Shown: one piece after another, positions 13,061 through 24,800 of the stretch
How the letters are laid out: each line of letters begins with the position of its first letter
Position numbering within the stretch: the stretch's first letter is position 1
DNA from: Nymphaea colorata
Lineage: Eukaryota
DNA length: 64,000 nucleotides
Direction: 5' to 3'
NCBI RefSeq assembly: GCF_008831285.2
Contig: NC_045138.2
Coordinates: 35,340,001 to 35,404,000, forward strand
Made by a program: the position numbers and the translations under genes
Notes under the pieces: model-generated
Database searches by the model: none
Seen by the model: only the letters and a program-made list of their open reading frames with translations
What the model was told of the DNA's origin: nothing

Positions 13061-14329
13061 ATGCATGAGAATTTCATCTGGAACACCATTATTCGACGAT
13101 GCGCGCAGGCTAAGAATCCCCAGAGAGCCCTTTATTTTTACACCCGAATGAGGCGTAAAGGCCGACTGCCCGACTCTTTCACATTCCCCTTTGCTCTCAA
13201 AGTCTCTGCTGACCTGTTCGACTCGAGAAAGGGTCAAGAAATCCATTGCCTTGCTCTGAAGACGGGCCATGCCTCAGCCTTTTACCTTCAGACAAATCTT
13301 GCTTTGTTTTACGCGAGTTGTGGGGAGATGAAATCTGCACATCAAGTATTTGAGGAAATGCCTAAGAGTGACGCCATCGCATGGAATGTCATGATAACTG
13401 GTTGTTTGCGAAGTGGGTGCTTCGTAGAGGCAGTGAACTTATACAGTCGTATGAAATTGGAGGGGTGTCGGGCGGATGGGCACACTCTTGTGAGCATCGG
13501 TTCTGCTTGTGCTAATATCGGTGCTATCGGCTTTGGAAAATATGTTCACGGATATGCCTGTAAGCTTGGGCTCACGGTGGTGGTTCCTCTTCTCAATGCG
13601 TTGGTTGACATGTATGGTAAGTGCGGTTGTTTAGTGGATGCACACGCCTTGTTCGATGAGGTGTCCGAGAGAACGTTGGTGTCGTGGAGCATCATGATGA
13701 ATGTCTATGCTATTCAAGGCCGTGCAAGTGATGTGTTTGATGCTTTTTCGGGCATGAAGAAGCAGGGTTTCTCGCCGGATGAGATAGTTTTCACTAGCGT
13801 GTTGTGTGCGTGCAGTCATGCGGGCTTGTTGGAGGAAGGCAAAAGGTGGTTTAGAGATATGACTGAAATTTATGGTATCTCTCCAACAATCCAACACTAT
13901 GGGTGCATGGTAGACCTGCTTGGGAGAGCAGGGCGCTTGAAAGAGGCTTATGAGCTAATTCAAAGGATGCCCGTGAAGCCTGACGCTGCTATATGGCGTG
14001 CATTGGCTGCGGCTTGCTTGGTGAGTGGTGAGCTTGACCTGGCCGAGGATGCAGCAAAGCACTTGATTGAGTTGAACTCCAGTCCTGATGGAGGCGACTT
14101 CGTGCTGCTCTCTAATGTGTATGCCAGATTGGGTAGATGGGAAGATGTAGCTTGGGCAAGAAAAGGGATGGAACTCAATGTGGGACACAAAACAGCTAGC
14201 TGCAGTTATATTGAGTTGAACAACATTGTTCACGGGTTTCTTTCAGGAAATGTGTCAAACCCAGAGTCTCATATGATTACAGACATGTTATCTCAAATGG
14301 CGGAGAAAGTTCTGTCTGAAACATTGTAA
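13061..14329 (+). CDS. PLS-class pentatricopeptide repeat protein with E/E+ extension and no DYW domain (putative organellar RNA-editing factor)
   Basis: Uninterrupted ORF with typical PLS motifs (FIWNTIIR, PDSFTFPFALK, NALVDMYGKCG, VLCACSHAGLLEEG, HYGCMVDLLGRAG) and E-domain motifs (FVLLSNVYARLGRWEDV, CSYIELNNIVHGF). The first in-frame ATG is 13061; the true start may lie in an upstream exon (see findings). Confidence 0.9.
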   Translation: MHENFIWNTIIRRCAQAKNPQRALYFYTRMRRKGRLPDSFTFPFALKVSADLFDSRKGQEIHCLALKTGHASAFYLQTNLALFYASCGEMKSAHQVFEEMPKSDAIAWNVMITGCLRSGCFVEAVNLYSRMKLEGCRADGHTLVSIGSACANIGAIGFGKYVHGYACKLGLTVVVPLLNALVDMYGKCGCLVDAHALFDEVSERTLVSWSIMMNVYAIQGRASDVFDAFSGMKKQGFSPDEIVFTSVLCACSHAGLLEEGKRWFRDMTEIYGISPTIQHYGCMVDLLGRAGRLKEAYELIQRMPVKPDAAIWRALAAACLVSGELDLAEDAAKHLIELNSSPDGGDFVLLSNVYARLGRWEDVAWARKGMELNVGHKTASCSYIELNNIVHGFLSGNVSNPESHMITDMLSQMAEKVLSETL

Positions 14330-15972
14330 TATTTGTTTCAAGTACATAATATTTGACTTCAAGTCTCTCCCCACACCGACGTGCCACCTCCAACCCTCTT
14401 CCCTGCTATGTCTCCGGGACTGGCCCCATTTCCCCCTTCTTCCTAATGTGCAGCCTTGTTGCTACGCCTCTTAGTAAGGCCAAAGGCAGTGATCCATTTT
14501 GGGGCATCTCCCTCTACCGGCTACCATTGTTCAACCGTCACACACTTTGAGGTTTGTGACTCAGGTCGACTTTCGGGGTTTAGCTTCGGCGATATGAGGA
14601 GGGGGGATCCGCCCAAATCCCAATGCCCTTTTGTCCTTCTGCTTGCTTCTTCGTCAATTTGGGGCGCTATAAGGGGCTTCAGTGCATGGCATGCGGATGT
14701 TTGTGATGTCATATGTGAATCTCTCTCATTGCTAATGTTGTGGTTGCTTCCCCTGAATGCCCCTTCTTCCATGAGCATCATCTTTCAGTGGCCTTAGACT
14801 AGTGTCCGCTGGTTTCACATCTCAACTATCCTCCTCCGGCGTGTGCCAACATACATCTATCGGCAAATCCAAGCCTGGAGACCCGTGGTGCATGAGATGC
14901 ACCATGTTTCACTTCTCCTGCAGCTCAACTTGTTTCAGTTGTGCTTGCGACCATCATTCTCACCAAGCAATCTGATATCTCCCATATATAGCCCAGCCTC
15001 TGCAGCCAAATGCCCAAGGGTAGAAATTGGTTTCCTTCAATGTTGTCGCCCTCTTCAGCTTCCGCAGGCACCCAGGTTTGGATTGGTGACTTCTGGCTAC
15101 TTCTTTATTCCTCACCCCTTGTCTCACTGCTTGCCCATTGTTACCCGCCAGTACCCTACTCGCAACTCAAACCATTGAGCGATGGCGTCCCTAGGGCCCA
15201 CACCCTCTGCAATACATCATTAATTTACCCCTTAATCCATGACAGTGGACATGCACCAAAACATGTCCCCATGTCCATGCATTAGTAAAAGACTGTTGAG
15301 AGGACGAGGCAGTGACACTATTGCTTAGGATATTTGTAAATCTCATTGTTGCCCGTCAACAACTGACAAGAGAAATTAGTGAGAGCAAGTGCCACACCAC
15401 TACTGGTGGTCGGCCCTAGATATTTGACTTTTGCATCGAAGCCTAGGGTTTTCCAATAGTACATCCAATGAAGTCTATGATTTAGATCATCAGGGTTTTA
15501 ACTCTCCAAGAAAAAAATTATTCCTAGCCAGTTGGATTGGAGGATTGCAACTAAATATCCTGGCAAAGATTGAAGCAAAGATGCATGATCTATGCATCTC
15601 TCCCAGCCACCTCCTCCATCTGGAAGGGTGCTCAATTTACCTTAAGGTGGTGTTGGGTTATCTTTGGCAAAGAGATCTATTAACATCCATCATAAATTAG
15701 AGCACATTCTCAGTCTCTCTACAACTCCTATTTAGTATGTAGAGGATGTTTTCTCCTTTGTTGACGTGCCATATGCATGAAGGATTTTCTAAGGAGATCT
15801 TTTGTCCATTATGTCATCTGGTGAGCTCCAACATTACTCAGACTCTAACTTCCTTATGAAAACTCAAAACTCCAGCGATAGATACGGACCTGTCTATTGA
15901 AATATTCTAGAGATTAATAGACCATCACTAATTGTCACACTTTAATGGTGAATTTACTTGGTCCAATCATAG

Positions 15973-18740
15973 TGTCACGGGCCGACTTTTTCAAGCCTTA
16001 TTCGGCCCGCGCGGTGCCGAAGGTTTCCCCAAAGCCTTCGGTTAGTTCGACTCTCTCTTAAGTTTGCGGAAGCGTTCATCAATCTTTTGGGACCGTGGAC
16101 TATACAAGAAGTGCAAAGCACTTGGCACACCATCACTCAAGTTTATCCCTTTGTAGGCTATTGGCAAGCCGTGGCCATGAGGCCCTATCAGAACTTCACC
16201 ATTCCTCCAAGTGTTTATCTACTTCCATACGAAATCTGGGTGGGGGTAGACTTCCCTTGAGAGGAAGTCCCCAATCGAAGCCAGTTGACGACTATATGTC
16301 ATTAAGTAAGGCGGCCGACCATTGCCCTACTCGACGATGAGCATTCACTTGCTCACTCTCACGTGACTCTACGCGGTTGTGGAACGCAGCATATGCGTCC
16401 ACTGGGGGAATTGCCCATAACCAACGCGCACCCCGTTATGCCACCAAACACTACGCGTGGGGAACCCATCTGATTCCCCAATGACGGACTTGCATTTTCA
16501 AAGGGACTGATCACCATGATGCATTTATACGCTTTGTCTCTGCACCACCGCACTGCACATTCCACGTGCATTGCTTTCTGCTTGACTCAGCGTCTAATTG
16601 ATCCTACATGTTTCTCGAGCTATGCCTAAATTGGCCAAGCAGCATATCCTTCTACTGGCTTGGCCGGGCCAGACACAGTCACCCGGCAACACATAGATTG
16701 GTACTCGTTAGTCATGCAACTTGCAATTTTGCAACTTTTTCTTGATATGACGACTGCGTTGCTTGTTCAGCCCATCCTTCACAATTGGGCACTTTTGCTC
16801 TCACGAGGCACGGAAGGACAGTCCTTTAACTTTTGAGAAGTGGTTGGCTACGATGTCTTAGTTCAAGGTTATCATTGAGGAAAGTTGGAATACATCCTTT
16901 CCACCATCACTTGCCGACGTGTAAGGGCTACCATCGCAATGTGAAAGAAATTCAAAGGGTTGTGGAGACATCAAAACATTATGTTGCGCAACTCATCATC
17001 CATGAAACACCATCAACAAGATGTTAGAAGCAAAATAAATGGACTCACTTATCAAGGTCTGTCGAGCATAACCTCTATAGTATGTTTCCATAATTTCAAA
17101 TGAGCTTTACACTTCTAAGGGATACTCATAAATATTCGTTATGTCTTGTCCCTAAGCGTAGGATAAGAGATCAAATTTCATGAGTCCATCCGATTCATAT
17201 TTCGCATGGTTGATTCTATTGGTTAAGGTCCAAACACTGGGCAATGTCCACAAACTCAGGCTTCCACTTAGCAAGCAAATGCCCCGTATGTTTCGACACA
17301 CACAAAACTACTACCCATCAAATTTCGTATTATATCATCGCCAAAAGATTTTTAGACTAAGTAGATGTCAAGGAGCCATTCATTATTCGAGGCCTCGTAT
17401 GGGGTCCCACATGAGTCAGAAGGGTTAGGCAAATAGTGAATGGATGTGGCTGCTCATTTTACGGTTGTTTACATGCTCAACTAGGAAAAAAATGCTGTGC
17501 AACAGAAGATACTCTCTACACAGCAGGTTGCTAAATATTCTTTATGGTGTGTGCATGATTGCCAGGAAGAATGGAGTCACAAATGATCTAATTTCGACAA
17601 GAGCTGTGGTCTCTTATTTATATGCAATATCGTTTTTCTTTATTTCCAAGTCTCCCAACAGTCATTGGCCATGTTACTCTCTCTCTCATTTTGTTTCAAA
17701 AATTTAATAAGCCTTAATTTGAAAGGATGCACTTGGGAGAAGTTTATGGTTGTTATTGTATGCCTTCCTTTGCATCTATTGACCAATTAATTGCTCGCAA
17801 ATATGCTTGGGTTACAAAGAACTAGCCATTACATAACGGCTATATTACCTTTCAAGAGAGGTGCATAGCATCCACAGCGATCATTGGATAAAGATGAAGC
17901 ATTTTATCGTTTCGGACTGGTTGCCTTAAAGCATATAGCTTACGATTAAGCACTAAAGTTTGTGTGCACCCAAAAATACTGCACGTCTGCTTTCATCTTT
18001 GTCGCGTCATTTTTTCTTCCGCATCGTTATGAAGTAAATAAAAAAGAAAAACACGAGACAATGGAAGGGGTGGGTGGGGCTTTATGTGGAGAGGCGAGAG
18101 AGAGAAAATGTGATGGGTCGTTCGGCCGGTACCCAGTCGTCACTGTGCAGCCCGTCGCGGGGCTTCGTCAGTCACCGGAGGCGGCCGGAGTCGGCCATAG
18201 GTTTCTGCAGAAACCCTCGGCTGTGGCGGAGACGAGGAGATAAGAGAGAGATTAAAAGAAATTGAATGGAGAAAAAAAAGTTAATTAGTAGAGAGGGTGA
18301 GAGGACGCACCTTGGGTCCTTTCATCGGGCTTCTCGTGGCTGCCGACGGCGTCGCCATCACCAGGATGCGTCGCCGGAGACCAGTCCTGACTGGAAATGG
18401 TCTGACGGTTTGAAGAGAAATCAAGGTGAAGCGAGAAAAGCTGGGGAAAATGAAAGGAATCGGGCGAGGGAGGGCTTTGTTGGTGACCTTTCAAAAGCTT
18501 TCCTGAATGTCCTATCCTTTGCCATAAATAGTTAAATACTGTCAACACTTAAAAAATGATCTTTCAAGGCTTTGTTTGTTAAAAGATGCTTCTAATACTT
18601 CTTTCTGATATTCTGAGACCTTTGCATGATTAAAAAGTTCTGACAGCTTTGGAAAAATTCAGTTCGTCCTATTCTTAAGTTCGAAAATTTTCAAAAAGGA
18701 GTTCTAGACCTGTTCCTTTCGTAAATTAGAGATGTTACTT
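15973..18740 (-). mobile_element. Probable degenerate Ty3/gypsy-type long LTR (solo LTR remnant)
   Basis: Begins with TGTCACGGG (minus-strand end ...CCCGTGACA) and has a GATGTTAC end near 18738. Non-coding, with a CG-rich block and minus-strand splice-donor-like motifs. No matching TSD or second copy, so the boundaries are uncertain. Confidence 0.35.
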
Positions 18741-19474
18741 TATTTTAAAATTCAAAATGAGGTTCAAGCTGAGGAAGTCCGTTTCATCTCAACTTGAGTT
18801 TAAAGAATTAGAGAGCTGAGCTGCTCTCCTGTTTTATGTAAACTTGAAAATAATATTCTTCTTTTAATTCGTGAATATTTCTTGTTAGCATTTTGTCTCG
18901 CTTATTTATTAGCATCACGTTGTGAAGGGTTCATGATAGGTCGAATTAACCTATGGCATTTCTAATTATAAAGCAATGGATTAATGCATGAATTTATTGA
19001 GTCCGAATAAACTTGGATCTAGACATGGATCTAGATCAACTTTGGCTAATTCTACCAAATGATTAAGCTTATACTTTTCTTTGTAAGTTGGTTTCGTAGA
19101 TCCAGGTTTTGGAATGAACTATCATGAAGTATATAAAGGCCTGCAGTGTAGAGATTTCTAGGCTTGGATCTGGATTCGATTTCTTTGAAAATGGATGTTT
19201 TAGTTGTTCTACCCAAATTTGGATATAAATATGATTTCAACAGGTTTTACTTTCGTTAATATATTTTTCAAGAAAATGTTGGTCTCAATTCCATTTTAAT
19301 TGAAGTTTGGTGTAAATTGAATAGGTCGGAACTTAGTACTATTTTCAGTAAGTTTTCTATTCTCTTAAGTTTTAACATTTCTTTAGGAGGACCATGATCA
19401 GATTTTTGAAAAACAAATAGATTTGGATCCAGATCTGAATTTGCTGTGAAATGATGTATTTTATTTTTTAAATG

Positions 19475-19477
<3 letters not shown>

Positions 19478-19550
<73 letters not shown>
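19478..19550. repeat. (TA)n microsatellite
   Basis: About 36 TA units, read directly. Confidence 0.95.
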
Positions 19551-19554
<4 letters not shown>

Positions 19555-19586
19555 TCATTTGTATGTCATCAGTACTCACCTTTTTT

Positions 19587-19825
19587 GAAAGATCAAGACT
19601 ATCTTGAAAGATCAGGACTGATTCTTATTGAAAGGTCAATACTGTATTTCACAGTCAGGACTGACCTTACCAAAAAGATCAAGACTGTCTTGAAAGGTCA
19701 GGACTTTTGATGGAAAGACAGGACCAATTGCAATTGTATGCCATTAGTACTCACCTTACCAAAAATGGAAAGGTCAAGATTGTCTTGAAAGGTCAGGACT
19801 CATTCTTCTTGAAAGGTCAAGACTT
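19587..19825. repeat. Degenerate ~20-bp minisatellite (GAAAGGTCAGGACTGTCTT-like)
   Basis: About 10 recognisable copies of GAAAG(G/A)TCA(A/G)GACT at 19-24 bp spacing. Confidence 0.75.
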
Positions 19826-20966
19826 GAGGTTCAATTTGTTCAAAAGTTTATATAATTTTAAGTTGCCAACCTGTTTGGATTGTGATCCAACTTGTTTTGA
19901 AATAGATATATTGGGTGTTGAAAATGGATTTGAATATGGTTTCGTTTGATTTATGTGTGGATTTGGAACTAAGTTTGATTTGTTTTGAGAATACATGCAT
20001 TTTGGATTAGTTCATTATTACAAACAGATTTTATTCAGATCTAGGTCCAAAATCTAGTTTGACCGAGTTAGTTAAACATGCATGAGTTCAGACTCAACAT
20101 TTGCTTTGACTCTGACATGCATCATGAAGGTGTAGGAATTTAGTAATTGCAACATTGTGCAGTGGTCTTGCATCCTCTGCACTTGTTATGGGTTTCCTTT
20201 ACTATTCGTCTGTTGTGTTATGACGTGCAAGTAGTTGATTTTCAGCTAATGGCTCTTAAGTTGATGGTGATTAGGCTTCAAAGATTCTTATGGATGCAGT
20301 TCAACCGAATCATATTGCCACTGGAGCCTTGTCTTTTGTTCTCCAAGTACAACTTGTTTGATCCCCGGGAGGAGAGGTCCCTCTATTGGACGATGTGACC
20401 AAGGTATGTTCTGTCATGGCTTTCTACTCTTTCTTTCCTTGGTTCTTTGCATTCGGAAGTGCTTTCTCTTTGCTGAATGTTTTTACTTCAACAATTTTTC
20501 CTATCATTTGTTCATGTCAAAGGGAAAGTTGCACTCAATGTTGCCTGCAATCCCTTGGGAAAGTCTGGTGGTGCGTTGATTGAACCGCTCAAGATTCTAT
20601 TGTTTGGTAGAGAACTCGAGCATTGGGCAGATGGGAGGGGCATCGCCTTCCCTCCCCCCTCTTCCACAAGGGGGAGACCGTCGTCTTCCCCATAGCCGCC
20701 GCCTGCCTCTCCTCACCGCTGGCCTCCCTTCTTTTTCCTCTTTCAATTACCAAAAAAAGATTGAGGCGGGGAGGCCGTCGCCCTCGCCAGCCATCCGCCG
20801 GCGGCGGTGGTCCCGACCGCCTCCCCCCAACAAACATGTTCAGGCGCTTGACCGTCGAGTATCTGGATTTTTTTGTTTTTTTATTAAAAGAGAAAGCGGG
20901 CCCGTCTATGTGGACGGCCCAAACCAGCCGAGCAAAACTTTTGGCCGAAACTGAGTGTAAGGAAAT

Positions 20967-21005
<39 letters not shown>

Positions 21006-21898
21006 TATTCACACATAATATGCGAGCAGTCACTTACGTCCATATTGGGAACACCATGGAGCACAGAACTATAAACTTTTTTATTGTCGAAGCTCAACTA
21101 TAATTTCAAAATTTTAATAGAGCGGAAATATAGATTTTTAAAATTTTTTTATAAGTTAAGCTAAAATTTTAAAATTTTATATGTAAAATTTTAATTTTTT
21201 ACATATAGAGACAAATAGAGACATGCTTGAAATTTGAATGGCCAGGATGGAAGAATACTTCGTTTTCGCCCCAATTCTTTCTTCTCATACTGGACATTAC
21301 ATCGAAAGCTACATGAAAAAGTTCCTGAGCTGTATCCATCGGGCCCTGAACTTTTAGTTTCAGGATTGGCCTTAGTTTGGGCATCTCAAGCAATCAAAAG
21401 CATCCTGAGTTAATAAACGATATTTGTTTCAGTCATCTTCGCACGTAGGGACTCGGGATTCATTATCTTGCGATTGCAGACAAGGTCACTTCCTCAATTT
21501 AGTCCATTCACGATTGTTTGGTGGAGAAAGAATCATACAGCACCATAATCTAGCTTGTACTGCAACAGTAAAAGCACGACACTCCAGCTTATCTTTCGAC
21601 AGTAAAAACGGTAATTTTAATTACCACATTGTGTTGCACAAATTTCACCTAAGCCAAAGCGAATACAAATGTAAAGAGCTAAAGATGGTACAAAGCAGGT
21701 CCCCTTCATATTGTTGAGGCAATGGCTAGTCTGCAGCACAAGAGGAAAGTTGTGCAGAAGTTTTTTCCCTTTCATTGTTTTATTTCCTTTGTTGTTCCCA
21801 TCAGTTCTCCTCAATATATGTCTGTAAGGGTGAACCACCAAATACAAGAAAGAATGAAAAGAAAAAGTCTGGTTTTGTTCGTTCGTGGATGTAGGCAG

Positions 21899-24800
21899 TG
21901 TTAGAGATAAGGTTGCCGATCCAACGTCCTTACCAATCTTGCAAGGTAAATCAAATCTTGAATTTCAAGTCAAATATAGAAAAAATGCAATTGACACTGA
22001 AAAGAGGAAAACAACAAATACTCCAACATATGAAGATGCTAAAATCTATTCCAAAGGAAAAGAAATTCAAATTTGTAATCAAGATCCAAGATTTTTGGAT
22101 CTTGACAGACCAGCCTGAAATTTCTATTTAGTATTCTTTCCTCTCTCAAGATTTAGTGGTTGTAAGAGAGTATTTCCTTTTTCAGAATTGTACAGAAGGA
22201 AAGGCTTCGTTGACGTAGGTCGAGTTTGACCGAACCACGTAATTTCTTGTGTGCTCTCTCTCTCTCTCTCTCTCTCTCGCTCTCCCTCTTTATCTCTCTC
22301 GTTCTAAATTTTACATGGTACCAAAGGCTACTTGGGCGCAAAGGGAGAAGCCGGCATTTTAAAAGTGTCGCAAAACAAAATGCCGGCACTACTTTATCTC
22401 TCCCTCTTTATCTCTCTCGTTTTTTTGATTGGCATGAATTCCATCGGAGTGCGTTTTTGACTCGAGACGATTCAAAGGTCGAGCAAGGGCTCGTTGGAAT
22501 CGTCTATATCTGAGGATCATTCCTACCAATTTTCAGATTTTTGGAGCATTCATTGTTGTGATATTATTTCAACAATCTACCATGGCAACCGTCAATCCTC
22601 AATGGAATGCTATTGCAAACCTCGTATCTGTCAAGTTGGACGAAAACAACTACCTTCTCTGGAAATCGCAACTCTGCAGTGCCATGTATAGCCAGGACTT
22701 ATTGAGGTATGTTGACGGCTCTTCCACTCCTCCACCGGAAAAACTGAATGTTAATTCCACAGAAATTAATCCGGAGTACATCAAATGGAAATGCTCCGAC
22801 CAGCTTGCGTTAAGCTGGATATTGTCTACTGTTAGTGAGTCTATACTCACTCAAATTATCTCTTATGACACGGCTCGAGAAGCCTGGGTGGCCCTGGCTA
22901 ACGCCCATGCATCTCATTTAAATATTTGTATTCTTCAGTTAAAGAGGGATTTGCAAAATGCCAAAAGAATGACAAAAGTATGTTAGAATATCTCAACCAC
23001 GTGAGGTTTTTGGTTGATTCTCTTCGAGCTGTGAATGAAATTGTTTCTGATTCAGATCTGGTTTTGCATACTCTCAACGGTCTATCGAGTGAGTATGAAA
23101 GTTTTATTACTACAGTCACCATGTCCAAAATACTACCCACCTTTTTTGAGTTACATGATCTCTTACTCAATCAAGAGCGTCGACTTCAATTGATTGCTCC
23201 TACAATCCCTGCCCAAGTTGAGTGTTTAGCAATAGCCTTTTTCACTCAACGAGGAGGCTATGGTGCTCGAGGAAACTATGGCAGTCGTGGGGCTAATAGT
23301 GGCCGAAATGGTCGTGGTGGTCGTAGCCGCGGAAGGAATTTTTACCCTGCTGGACGAAGCACTCCAGGGCAAAAGACTTCTGAAAATCAGCAGGTTATAT
23401 GTCAATTTTGTGGGCGTCGAAATCATACTGCACGGACATGTTATGACATACGAAAGGCTTTTATGGCCATAGCCTTGAATGGTGGCCGCGACAATGCTTG
23501 GTACCCTGATAGCGGTGCAACCCATCATGTGACTCATAGTGATGATTCCATAGAAGACAAAGTCGATTACCAAGGTGGAGAAGGTGTTCTTGTGGGCAAT
23601 GGCGCTAAGGCTCCAATTTCTCATATTGGTAACATATTTCTCAATTCAATCTCTTGTTCTTTTCGGTTAAAGAATGTTATGCATGTGCCAACAATCAGTC
23701 AAAATCTTATATCTATCTCTCGTTTTACAAAAGACAACAATTGCTTAGTAGAGTTTGATGCTAATGGGTTTGTTGTTAGAGACTTGCGGACAGGGGCAGC
23801 TCTTAACAAAGGGAAAACTAAGGATGGTCTATACGTATGGGCTGATGAAGACAACAAGGAATCCAAACGTACTCTTATTGCGCAACATTCTAGAAGTCTT
23901 CAAGCCAATCTTTGGCACCAACGGCTGGGTCACTCTCACTTGAAGACATTGAATTTGCTTAAGAAAAATAATTATGTGTCTTTAGATGATAGTAAATTTG
24001 ATTTCTGCTCTAGTTGTGTTTTAGCTAAGATGTATCGACTGCCATTTGATTTCAGTTTAAGTAATAGCACTCATCATCTTCAGTTACTTCATGTAAATCT
24101 TTGGGGGCCTGCCCCAACGTGTTCTATAGAAGGCTACAAATATTATCTCTTGATTGTGGATGATTTCTTTCGTTTTAGTTGGATTTTTCCTCTTGTTAGA
24201 AAATCTGACACGTTATCATGCTTCCAAAATTTCAAGATGCTTGTGGAAAAACAATGGGGATATGAGATAAAAAATTTTCATAGCGATTCTAGTGGGGAGT
24301 TTCTAAACAATGATTTCTCAAATTTTCTCACTACAAATAGGATAAAAAGATGGCTTTCTTGCCCCCACACAACTCAACAAAATGGCATTGTGGAAAGAAA
24401 ACATCGCCATGTTGTTGAAACAGAGTTAAGTATGATGATCCACGCATCTCTCCCTCAACGTTTTTGGGTCGATTCATTTAGGAGAGCCGTTCACGTCATC
24501 AACCGATTGCCTAGTCTAGAACTTGGAAATAAATCTCCATTTGAAATTGTTTTCAACGCTGCCCCTTAATATGATTATTTTCGAGTTCTTGGATGTACAT
24601 GCTATCCTTTTCTTGTGCCATATAGAGAGTCCAAACTCTCTTCAAAATCCAAAGCATGTGTCTTCCTTGGATATGGGACATGTCAGAAAGGATATACATG
24701 TTTAGATCCAATCACTAACATGGTCTTTATTAGCAGACATGTTGTTTTCAACGAGACAAGTTTCTTATTTCAAGGATCTGGTTCTCCAACCATTGAAGGG

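Noticed and set aside
14350..15950. Possible LINE ORF1 or other retroelement remnant after the PPR gene
   Set aside because: Composition is suggestive, but I found no diagnostic motif, poly(A) tail or TSD.
15973..16691. 719-bp solo LTR defined by TG..CA and a CATAG/CATAG duplication
   Set aside because: Such a 7-nt match is plausible by chance within a few kb, and LTR-like sequence continues past 16691. Kept only as part of the low-confidence larger remnant.
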